Below are positions 53,675-64,000 of a stretch of 64,000 nucleotides of DNA, piece after piece (positions within the stretch are counted from its first letter, which is position 1; each line of letters begins with the position of its first letter). The notes below the pieces were generated by a model that saw only the letters and a program-made list of their open reading frames with translations, was not told the origin of the DNA and made no database searches. Position numbers and translations under genes: made by a program. Source of the DNA: Ptychodera flava (lineage: Eukaryota); assembly GCF_041260155.1 (NCBI RefSeq), contig NC_091947.1, positions 31,706,780 to 31,770,779 of the forward strand. Direction: 5' to 3'.

Positions 53675-53879
53675 TCTCGTCGACAACACACTGAAAAGAA
53701 ACAGAAAAGAAACAAATTTAAAAATCATACAAATCAATGCAGCTTGGGCAGAGGAAATCACCCCAATGTGTTTTTCTAGAGGTGTCATTCCCCAGTATTG
53801 TGAAGACCAAGTTACCATTACGTGCTCCTGTAGGGGGTAGTCACTTCTCACGAGTAGGTTGACATCCCTTCAGTAGTTC

Positions 53880-54420
53880 TTGAGATACCGGGTTTACAGA
53901 CAGACACACACACACACACACACACACAGACATCGGTAAACCATATGCTCATTTGTGTGTGAACACGTGAGCAAAAAATTGAAGATTTCATCAAATTTCA
54001 ATATATCACACTAGGACAACCCCTAGGAACCTGTATACCAAATATCAAAGGCATCAGACAAGTAATTTTTGAGAAACACATTTTTTGACCAAAAATGGCA
54101 CAAATTGCACAAAAAATACAAAATTGCAGATTTCATCATATATTCAATACCTCATATTAAGTTCATCTGTAGGAACCTGTATACCAAATATCAAAGCTGT
54201 CAGACAAGCGTTTTTTTTTTAAATAAAAATTTGACCAAAAATGACCAAAAAATTCCTTAAAAATACAGATTTGCATATTTTATCACAATTTGAACAAATC
54301 CAAGTTGGGTTATCCCTAGGGACCTGTATATCAAATATCAAAGCTGTCTGACCAGCGGTTATGAAGAAGATTTTTTACCAAAAATGCCTTTTTTGGCGCT
54401 AATTTGCATATTTTCAACAA
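53880..54420 (+). repeat. Microsatellite (CAGA/CA)n plus hairpin gctcatttgtgtgtgaacacgtgagc plus A-run (a family-X-like 3' end), followed by ~3 tandem ~115-bp units (…cctgtataccaaatatcaaagctgtcagacaagcg…ttgaccaaaaatg…caaaaaatacaaa.ttgca.atttcatca…)
   Basis: Direct reading. The same 115-bp unit recurs at 56190-56470 (+) and in reverse orientation at 62270-62560 and 63340-63600. Confidence 0.75.
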
Positions 54421-54429
54421 TATCAAAAA

Positions 54430-55950
54430 ATTTAAAACCAGATATGAACTGTAAATGCTCACGTGTTTCATTATATATTGCAGTTATGTGTAAATTTGAA
54501 CCTTTGCCACATGTTTGCAACTTCATTGAAAGTATTACGATCAACATAATGGACATAATTCACCACAGATTAACTCTATAGGTCATTAAGTATTCAAATA
54601 TGTAATTAGCTGAAAAAAATATTAATTTCTTTGACTACTGTCATTGTATCACCACTTTATATAGCAAGTGTAATTGCCTTTGGTCAAGTCCTTCAAACTA
54701 TATATTCCAAACTTTGAAAGCTCATTAGATATGCAAACTATAAATTAGCTGACATGAAAACTTAAATGCGAAATGTCTTCCAATATTGATATAACTGGTA
54801 TAATCATCAATGTACATAGAATGTTATGCCAATTTTGATCAAATAAATCCATGGCAAGTATATATCCCTAATTAGGAAAGTTCATTAAATACAAAAATTA
54901 GAAATTGGCTGAAGCAAAAATGCTTAATGCCTTTCAATAAAGTTAGCCTACATAATAGTATCTTTAATGTACATAGCAAATTTCATCAATTTGGTCATGT
55001 AAATTCAAATATATATCCCTAATTTCAAAAAATCATTAAATATGCAAATTAGGAGCTGGATGAAGTAAAAATACTTAATGACTTTCAATAATGTCGTTAA
55101 TGTACATAGCAAGTTTCGTCAACTTTGGTCTAGTCAATACAGATAAATATCCCTGATTATGAAAGTTCATTAAATATGCAAATAAGGAATTGGCTAAACT
55201 TCAAATGCTTAATGACTTTCAATAATGTTCTATTATAGTATCTTTAATGTACATAGCCAGTTTCATCAACTTTGGTCTCGTCAATTCAGATAAATACCCC
55301 TAATTAGGAAAGTTCATAAAATATGCAAATTAGGAATTGGCTGATGAAAAAATGCTTAATGACATTTAATCATATTCTATCATAGTATCTTTAATGTACA
55401 AAGCAAGTTTCATCAATTTTGGTCATGTAACTTCAAATATATAGCCTTAATTTCAAAAGGTCATTAAATATGTAAATTAGGATTTGGATGAAGTAAAATG
55501 CTTAATGACTTTCAATAACGTTAAATCATAGTATCTTCAATATGCATACCAAGTTTTGTCAATTTTGATCAAGTAAATCCAGATATATACTCCTAATTAG
55601 GAAATTTCATTAAACATACAAATTAGTAATTATCTTTCAGGTCACCCCTTAATATCTTTCAAAGCTGATATATCTTGGTGTGATCAACATTTGTAGCGAA
55701 TCTCATCAAATTGTGTGTAGTCGTTGTCAATATATATCAGTTTTTTCTAAAATCATTAATTATGCAAATGAGCAAAAAGTAAGCAAGCCACACCCACCAA
55801 AAACTAATCAGTTCTTGCCATTTGCAAACTGAATCTATGTACCAGATTTGATTCTGATCTGATGAGCCGTTTTTGAGATATTGAGTACACAGACAGACAG
55901 ACAGACAGACATCGCTGCGACATATGCCCACGTGTGTCAACACGTGAGCA
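54430..55950 (+). mobile_element. Third copy of the family-X satellite-carrying element (ends …(cagacaga)n catcgctgcgacatatgcccacgtgtgtcaacacgtgagcaaaaaa)
   Basis: Near-identical to 32270-33850 over its whole length. Confidence 0.85.
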
Positions 55951-57189
55951 AAAAACTGTTTCTCATAATCATATTTTACTTCTACACAACAAATATCAAA
56001 TCAGTAAGTACTGTGGTTCTCAAGATATTTGAGTGGACGGATGCCTCACACACGTACATACATACACACATACTGTGTATACAGACTGACGCCGGACGGA
56101 TACCCATCCCAATATCTTCTATAGACTATAGTCTATAGTAGCTAAAAATCGCTAGTTTATACTTATAACTTCAATACATTATATCGAGATAAATCTTAGA
56201 TAACTGTACACCAAATATCAAAGCTATCAGATCAGTAGTTTTTGGATAAAAAAATTTTTGACCAAAAATTGGGAAAATTGCCCCAAAATTACAAATATGA
56301 CAATATCAATACAATTTGTACAAACTTGACTGAGGTCATCCTGAGGAACATGAATATTAACTTTAAGAGCGATCAGACGAGCGATTTCAGAGAACAAGAT
56401 TTTTTGACTAAAAACAGAAAAAAATACCCTAAAAATACAAACATGCAAATTTCACCTCAACTTGTGCACACATAATTGAGAATACCTAAAGGAATCCGCA
56501 TGCTAAGTTTCAACCCAATCTGACCAATGCTTACTGAGTTTAGCCATTTGCAGGATTTTTCCTTTTTTCCTCTCATTTGCATATTTTTGGCACTGATATG
56601 TTCATTTGAACAAATTCATATCTCCACCCCTGGGTGCATCTGTACACCAAATACTAAGACAGCAGCCATAGCGGTTTAGGAGTTTTTGATCTGTACAGAC
56701 TAACATACACACAGACCCCATTTTGCCACCTTATAAGAATACCTCCCATCTGCATATATACATATGCACATATAGGAGCTAAAAAAAATCAATCAATCAA
56801 TCAATCTTTTATTACTCAAACAAACAAACACAGAGTGTGGTATGGCACATTTCAGATGAAAGAACTACATGTTCAACACTGAACACCATCAAATTGATAA
56901 AATCAGTTCAATATTGCTGGTAAATTTTGTAGCTTCACTAATCACGACTATGGTCAAAGTTTATCAGTTGATCTACTGTACTATGGTGATCAGAGACCAT
57001 GGGCCTATTCAGTGGTCCTGGAGCCGAAACGACATGAAAATGACAAAATCATGCAAATCACCCATAAAAGTTATGGAATAAGCGTTTGTATAGTTAACCA
57101 AACTGGATATATTTTTCACAGATTTTTTTTAGAGTTAAAGTGTTATATGGACCACGGTCCTTAAAATAAGCTCATTGGTTTGTGGCATT

Positions 57190-57300
57190 ACCTTAAACTG
57201 TCGAGGTTTTGCCTGGGTATTTGGGTCGGACAGTGGCAATTTTTTGGCCGTCGGACCTGCATACCCAGGCAAAACTTTGAGCTACAGCACTGCAGCTAGA
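57190..57300. repeat. Palindrome gttttgcctgggtatttgggtcggacagtggcaattttttggccgtcggacctgcatacccaggcaaaac
   Basis: Self-complementary arms; a related palindrome occurs at 59146-59211. Confidence 0.8.
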
Positions 57301-58039
57301 GCTGCCAGCAGGTAAGCCATGCGTACAATGATCCCAGTGTTGTACAGCCTCCCTTTACAACACCAGGAATACACAGTAGGGTGACCGGACGAGAGGCCCT
57401 GATATTCCTTAACAATGGGGCTGACATGAAAAACTCTGAGAGTGAATGCTCGAAATCGAAGGCTTAAAGTGGGGCTTAGGTAGTGATAAGTTGTACAATT
57501 CCCCTTTAAGTATGCAACAGTTGTGCACATTTATGTGTGTGAACAAGGTAATGGTGACAAAATCTTGAAGTTTACGAACACACTTTGTCAACAAACGTCA
57601 GAGGGGATATGCCATCTTGGAAGTTGTCTACTCAGACGAAAATGGCATTTCACAGTGAATGTTGTAAAGACTAGGAAGTCAAAATGAGTGCAAAAATTTC
57701 CAAGAAACATCTTTTTTCTTCTGACAAACTACTGACGAAATTTTCACTTTGAAACGTCTATGACTTTTGGCATGGTTTAATTCCAAGAAGGAATAGCCAT
57801 GCGGGCAAATTGTACCTTAGATATTTTTCTACTGGTTCTATGCTCTAAAAGGCTCAGCTATGCAGCACAAATTAGCGCCCACTGTTTTCCCAAAGCAGGA
57901 AGTAATGTTTGCAATAGTGTTGTACTTGATCAATGTGCTTTTTCACCTGTGCGCACCTGTCATTGACCAGAAACAATGGCTTGTATCCATGATACTGGAA
58001 ACACAAAGGTCAGCGTGACATCAATCTTCCATTTTCTTT

Positions 58040-58900
58040 CACTGGACTTACCGTACTCGTCCGAGTATAAGCCCCTGCTCGTGTATAAGCCCCCCTACTG
58101 ATTTTAGAGGATTTTAGAAAATGCATTACATCCGTGTATAAGCCCCTACCCTAGTGTAACTCAAATACAGAAAGGTTAGGAGAGTATATTTGGTCATTTA
58201 ACGTGGTAAAATTGATTTAGATAATAAAGAAACTATTAAAAGATGTTAAAACAATGGGAAACTGGAGTTCCCTTGACAATATCGTAAGGAAAATGACACG
58301 TTTTTCCAGTACTATCTTGATTCTTTGACCCTACTCACCCCCGTCGCCTAAATAGAATAGTCTCACTCACGTCCGCCATTGTTTATTTTCATTCACGGCC
58401 ACGATGTTTTCAAGCTTGAAACATGCAGTTTCTTTTGTTTGAAGCAATTATCCTTTCATTTGTGAAGACTTTTCCTGGTGACTATTACAATTTTCACTGC
58501 TATGTTGTTGTTTTCACAAGATGTAGACAGTTTGATATTGGAATATTAAGTTGCCTTTCGATGTGGGCAATGCATGCCTGTTCACATTTATACTACACTA
58601 CTGTTGATCAGCAGCATACATGACGTCTTTGTTTCAAGTTTTGGGTTTCTTTCGACGCTGAAATTTCACCAAAATGTCACTTCTGTATTCAGAGATTGTA
58701 CAATCAATTTCTTTGGATGTGTAAGTCGATTTTGAAAGCGATAGAAAGATCGAGTGGTGTTGAAAAAAATCGTGCATAAAATTAGCATAAATTAAGCGTC
58801 CATGCCAGATAACATGGGGTTGCTCGAGTATAAGCCCCTCCCCTAGTTTTACCGCTGTTTAGTGTTGCCGAACCGGGGGCTTATACTCGGACGAGTACGG
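58040..58900. mobile_element. MITE-like element (~860 bp) with ~27-bp TIRs taccgtactcgtccgagtataagcccc / ggggcttatactcggacgagtacggta and internal repeats of 'gtataagcccct'
   Basis: TIRs read directly at 58047-58075 and 58868-58896. Confidence 0.75.
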
Positions 58901-58998
58901 TATATACCTATCCACAGTCCCTCTAGAGTGGTACACATGGCTTTGCCATGAAGGTAGAAAGAGTTAAAGATCTACCTCCATGGTTTTGCCGTCATCGC

Positions 58999-59476
58999 AA
59001 GGTGTCCAGCTACAAATTGTATAGCCCTGCGTACAGGTCTGTGTGTTCACGGCGTTATACGGCCTCCACCACAGGCCGTATAACGCCGGGAAACACACAG
59101 ACCTGTACGCAAGGCTACAAATTGTATAGCTACAGTACAGTAACTCGAGGTTTTGCCTGGGTATTTGGTCTTTTGACGTCAGACCCAAATACCCGGGCAA
59201 AATCTCGAGCTACTACAGTACAGTATACAGTACTGCACCTACAATTTGTACTGCAGCTATGCAGACACAGTCACCCTATTTACCCTGTAGTGTAGCTACC
59301 ATAGGCGACCGTGATCCGTACCACAGGCGTGCTGTTTTCTGGGTAGTTTCTATAAGTGTAGTTTATTCTACGTTTCGACGTTCTCTTCCGTAGCCTACGG
59401 AGAGAACGTCGAAACGTAGAATAAACTACACTTATAGAAACTACCCAGAAAACAGCACGCCTATGATCCGTACCTA
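58999..59476. repeat. Cluster of three long near-perfect palindromes: 58999-59140 (~140 bp), 59146-59211 (66 bp) and 59296-59476 (~180 bp)
   Basis: Each is self-complementary about its centre, read directly on both strands. Confidence 0.85.
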
Positions 59477-60399
59477 GTGCTTGCTGCAGAACTGCGGCTA
59501 CGTGTGACAAACTTGAGCTGTATAAATTAACTTACAAAAGCTAAAAGGTACAAATACCACTAAAAAGATAATGCATGTGATGAAAGGTTCTGGCAGTGTC
59601 ATGAGATTATCGTCGCTGATTACGTCTTGTTGTGTTCATTGGAGAGCAGGAAACAAACAACAAACTACTGCTGCGTTACCAAAACGAGGCGTATTTGACG
59701 TCATATCCTCATATAGGGGTTTTCTCATTTTGACAACAGACGAACCAAGTTCCACGTCAAAGAAGACAACAAAGCTGGAAAAGGCGACTTCTTACACATC
59801 TAGGTAGGTCGTCTGACTTTTTTGCTCCGTAGAGGTTCTTTAGTAGCACCGAGGTGCGAAAGATTGGTTTTAGGATCGTCAAAATCACCGAAATCTGCAA
59901 CGGAGCTGAACCCACCTCAATCCGAGCACAGTGACATTGTATGAAACAGGTACATTCATTAGGCTCATGTAGTTTCGGCATCTGTGACTCTCGGTATGAG
60001 GATTAAAATTTGGGCGACCGTTTGTGTTGGAGCCCATAATATAACAATTGCATTGGCCCACAATTCCCATGAGATTACCATTTTTCAATCAGAATGCTGA
60101 ACTATTAAAGATTGGGGATGGTCTTTTTAATTTGTGTACTCAAATACAAGAAGTGGTATGGTAGAATCATTTGCATTGTCAACCCACTGACTTCATTTAC
60201 TCGCCTCTCACATTGGGGAGTTGACATCGCATCGCGGTTGGTGTGAACACTAAGAAAGTATTCAAAAGAGAAACTAGTTTTAATCATGTAGAAATTACCG
60301 TGCATGACATTCTGCTGAATAAACATGATGTCATTGGCAAAGATAACAAAATATTGAAGATCAATTTTTTTAACCCCAGCTGAAACAAACCGTGTGTGA

Positions 60400-60865
60400 T
60401 TAGCCCTGCGTATGATGCTGTATGTTCCCAGCAATAAACGACCTCCCACCACATCCCTGCTGACTCTCACAGGAAAACATGGTGACGGCATTCCTGATTT
60501 GGACCGCGCACGAAAAACTACCTTTTCTAACTATTTTCCGCCGAAATCAACTACCCGATTAACTCAATTGCTCACAGACTGCAAAAAAATTTGCTCTCAT
60601 GACGTCCAAAACCATTAGTTTACCAGTGATTCATGGTCAAGGGTCCAGTGGCTGGCCATATCTAGCATGAACGTATTTGATGGCTGGACCCTTGACCGTA
60701 GATCGCTCGTAAACTAATGGTTTGGTGCATGATTCATGGTCAAGGGTCCAGTTGCCGGCCATATCTTGCATGAATGTATTTTCCTATGAGAGTCAGCAGG
60801 GCCATGGTGGGAAGCCATACAACGCCGGGAACACACAGCATCGTACACCCGGCTAGTGTGTGATG
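60400..60865. mobile_element. MITE-like element with ~75-bp TIRs (60400-60475 vs 60790-60865) enclosing two tandem ~100-bp units, each with an internal inverted repeat (ggtcaagggtccag…ctggacccttgacc)
   Basis: The reverse complement of 60790-60865 matches 60400-60475. ORF 60412..60618 lies inside the repeat and is considered spurious. Confidence 0.7.
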
Positions 60866-62269
60866 CATGGAAGGAGCTTGGTATGTTGGATCTTCCTACC
60901 TCCTCGGTGTCAGTCTGTATGTAATAAATGCATTTAAATATTGCAGATTCATTGTAAACTAGCCATGCACATCACTGGTGCCAGTCTTGTAAAGCTTTTT
61001 TCAATCGTGGTCTCCTTCACAAAAGAGTAGTTTGAATACATGCCTGTTGCTAGTGTTACAGATGTATTGAACATAACATGCATTTCAAGAAAACAGTATT
61101 ACTTCCATCTAGTTTGAAGAAGGTAAACCTCATGCAATAATGTGTACCAAACTTTTCTATTTTTCAGTGACATTACTTTGGAACAGAAACTTTCCCAATA
61201 AGTTGATTTCTTCAGTTGAAAGTAATAAGACCGTCACGCCTGATTTCAATTCCATAAAAGATCTACTGACGTTCTAAAGATTCTACCACCATGAAGCTGT
61301 ACGCTCTAACAATTCTCTATAAGGGTGCAAAAGTTGTAACCTTGAAAGCTGGGTATGATTTGTCAACATTTGGTTATTTTCAGAAATCAAGGTAAGTTTT
61401 ATAGCATCAGTTTAACATTTAGAGACATTAACACCTCATCCTATCACTGATTTAGGTTATGTGCAAGTATACATATTTTGTTTTGTGAATTAATTCAAGT
61501 TGGTTCACCTTTTGCCAGGCAGAGATACACACTCAAAGACAAGAGTAACAAATACCAGGTACTGGAAACAGTTATGTATTTGTGTTAAAGCTAATAAAAA
61601 TTGTTTTATTTATCATGTTGTCAGGATTTTGAAAAACATTGGTTTGGTCTGCTATAATTTCCAGATTAATTTCACATTTTCACAACAAGACTTTGGCAAA
61701 CCTTTATTCTTATGAATCGATTTGATACAGGAAAATGGAAAGGGTCAAATAAAATGCACATGCAAGGGACACCAGCTGTTATGACGGTTGTTTTACTGAT
61801 GATTGACAAATATGTCAAGCTTTTGCACTGTCCTTGCTATAAATTTATTTAGTTATATTTTATCATGTTTGGTTCTCATACAGTATACTTTGATTGCCAA
61901 TGACAAAATTTAAATTTCAAATTTTGATTCAATTGCCATAAAATATGTGCGCTTTCAGGGAACACATGTTACACTCAAGTAACATATGTATGTTAAACCG
62001 GTATAGGTATGTCCAAAGCATTGTACTATTATGTAATTATATGGTAATAGTGTCAGTAATTATATGCAAGCAGACAGGTTTTGTTAGCTACTATAGACTA
62101 TAGTCTATAGAAGCTATTGGGATGGGTATCCGTCTGGCGTCCGTCGTCAGTCTGTATGTATGTATGTATGTATGTATGTATGTATGTATGTATGTATGTA
62201 TGTATGTATGTATGTATGTATGTCCGTTTGTGAGGCGTCCGTCCACTCAAATATCTTGAGAACCGCAGT

Positions 62270-63600
62270 ACTTACTGATTTGATATTTGTTGTGTAGATG
62301 AAAAATATGATTTTGAGAAACTATTTTTTTTAATTTTTTGATATTGTTGAAAATAGGCAAATTAATGCCAAAAAAGGTGTTTTTGGTAAAAAATCTTCTT
62401 CTTCATAACCGCTGGTCAGACAGCTTTGTTATTTGGTATACAGGTCCCTAGGGATAACCCAACTTAGATTTGTTCAAATTGTGATGAAATATGCAAATGT
62501 GTATTTTTAAGGAATTTTTTTGTCATTTTTGGTCAAAGTTTGACTTACATTGTATGTAATTCTTGTACTGTATAAACCCTATCAATTCACCCAGAAAAAA
62601 ATAATTAATATGATTTTAAATAATTGAATTAATTAGGAAATCATCAAAGCCAAATAATTTTAGTGTGGAATTATCAGAAAGTTCAACTTTTTTGGACAGT
62701 TCATAGTGAATTGAGGATTTAAACATGTAAAGGCAACTTTCCTGAATCCCAACTTTGATATATTCTGAACCACCATTTATGTTATCTAAAAGAAATTGCT
62801 CATAATAGTTTGTCATGATAGGGTGGTCAAATAAATAGAGATAGAGAAAGTTCTAATTTCCATTTATGGTTGACTTGGTAAGGATAAAATAAGATTACCT
62901 TTTGAGGAAAAAAATAGAGTGGTCAATTAAAAGAGTGGTCAAAGTGATAGGGTTTTTATGGTAAAGCTGGGCTGTAAGATTTCTCATGTGCTATTTATAG
63001 CAATTATGCAATCTGTGTAAACAGTGCATTAAAAGTGTAACATGATTCCTTATAATGCTTTGATGACCTTGAACTTCTTAAGTTTCAAACATTTGTCTCT
63101 TCAGTGTGCTTTCTCTGAGTACGTACAGTCTCAACTATTCAACAGAACTTACTTACAATGTTAATTTGAAAGTTAAAATGTGCTTGGTTTAGGATGAAAA
63201 TACTGATATTAAAAGATAATCAGCTCAAGATTCTTTATAACCTCACAGATATGCTGTTTTTTTATGACGTAAATCTTGATTGAAGCAAGTCTTGTTTACT
63301 TTAATTAGAATGTAATTAACTCTCATTTATTTGCTATTATAGACTAATATAGTCTGATGAAATATGCAAATCTGTATTTTTACAGAATTTTTTTTCCATT
63401 TTTGGTCAGGCCATCCTGAAATTAGCTATCAAAGATATCCACCTTCTTCATCAATACATGTGTCACAAAAGGTTATTCTCTACATAACTCAGCAGAGCTC
63501 TGTCAACTGTTGAGTCGCTTGTCTTTTCAAAACCACTGGTCAGACAGCTTTAATATTTGGTATACAGGTCCCTAGGATGACCTTAGTGAGATAATTTCAT
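62270..63600 (-). repeat. Reverse-orientation copies of the ~115-bp 'ggtatacaggtccctagg…tttggtcaaa…atgcaaat' unit (62270-62560 and 63340-63600) separated by unique AT-rich sequence
   Basis: Reverse complement of the units at 54040-54400 and 56190-56470. Confidence 0.7.
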
Positions 63601-63744
63601 ACAGTCAGGATATACTTAATTTTGTATCCATGTCTATAGTAGCTTCAGGGACTTTGGCCCTATGTTTAAGAATTTCAGTCATGTTTGAAAAATATTTTCA
63701 AAGCACCAATATCTGGTGAATGAAATGAGACACCAGTCATTGCC

Positions 63745-63990
63745 TTTATAGCCCAGTACTCAGTGTTTCATCAAGGATGGCATCAACAGGGGGGATTTTC
63801 CCCCTTTACCAGAAAATTTAGGGGGGATTTCACCAGTTCACGTGTTCTACTTGTATCTCTAAGGTGTGACTGGCACCATTTCATTTGGGGGGAGGGGGGC
63901 CTGTCCCCCTAGACAAATTACTAGGGGGTGCCAACATGTCAGCAGAGGGGGAATCCCCCCATCCCATGTCTAGATGAAACACTGAGTACT
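63745..63990. mobile_element. Small MITE-like element with ~22-bp TIRs (agtactcagtgtttcatc… / …gatgaaacactgagtact) and internal G-runs (gggggg/cccccc palindromic blocks)
   Basis: TIRs at 63750-63772 and 63965-63988 are reverse complements. Confidence 0.65.
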
Positions 63991-64000
63991 ATATCCATAA

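Larger units (their letters stand above)
55950..62330. mobile_element. Candidate composite element or segment bounded by ~200-bp inverted modules (55950-56160 and 62090-62330). The modules contain the palindromic terminus ctatagactatagtctatag, a (TGTA/TACA)n microsatellite and ggacggatgcctcacac / gtgaggcgtccgtcc
   Basis: 62090-62330 is the reverse complement of 55950-56160, with (tgta)n expanded to ~17 repeats at 62153-62222. The interior holds 115-bp tandem units, palindromes and MITEs but no long ORF. Confidence 0.5.

Overview
This is an intron-rich eukaryotic (metazoan, probably invertebrate) genomic segment, AT-rich with small introns and very many hairpin-forming repeats. I could resolve three conserved genes from the sequence. 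(1) The 3' ten coding exons of a mitochondrial HSP70 / mortalin (HSPA9-like) gene on the + strand (2135-7953); its upstream exons lie beyond a ~1.7 kb satellite array at the window start. (2) A PLPBP/YggS-family pyridoxal-phosphate homeostasis gene on the - strand (11996-19907; six exons resolved, first coding exon not resolved), tail-to-tail with HSPA9. (3) A pantothenate kinase (PANK) gene on the + strand (34968-43041; six exons). The most unusual coding feature is a ~1.8 kb intronless ORF on the - strand (51845-53674). It encodes an N-terminal basic, Cys/His-knuckle and poly-Ala region fused to a complete C-terminal TatD-family metal-dependent nuclease domain. It sits in a dense nest of repeats between inverted copies of a ~1.5 kb satellite-carrying element. 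The rest of the window is dominated by several families of non-autonomous elements. One family carries ~225-bp tandem satellite units and ends in a hairpin plus 'ggggactaaaaa'. A second family carries ~148-bp tandem units, a (CAGA)n microsatellite and a terminal hairpin 'gctcacgtgt..acacgtgagc' followed by an A-run. There are also MITE-like elements with terminal inverted repeats (TIRs), foldback elements, long perfect palindromes, inverted minisatellite arrays and a CpG-rich island at ~21.9-24.4 kb. No rRNA, CRISPR or convincing tRNA gene was seen.
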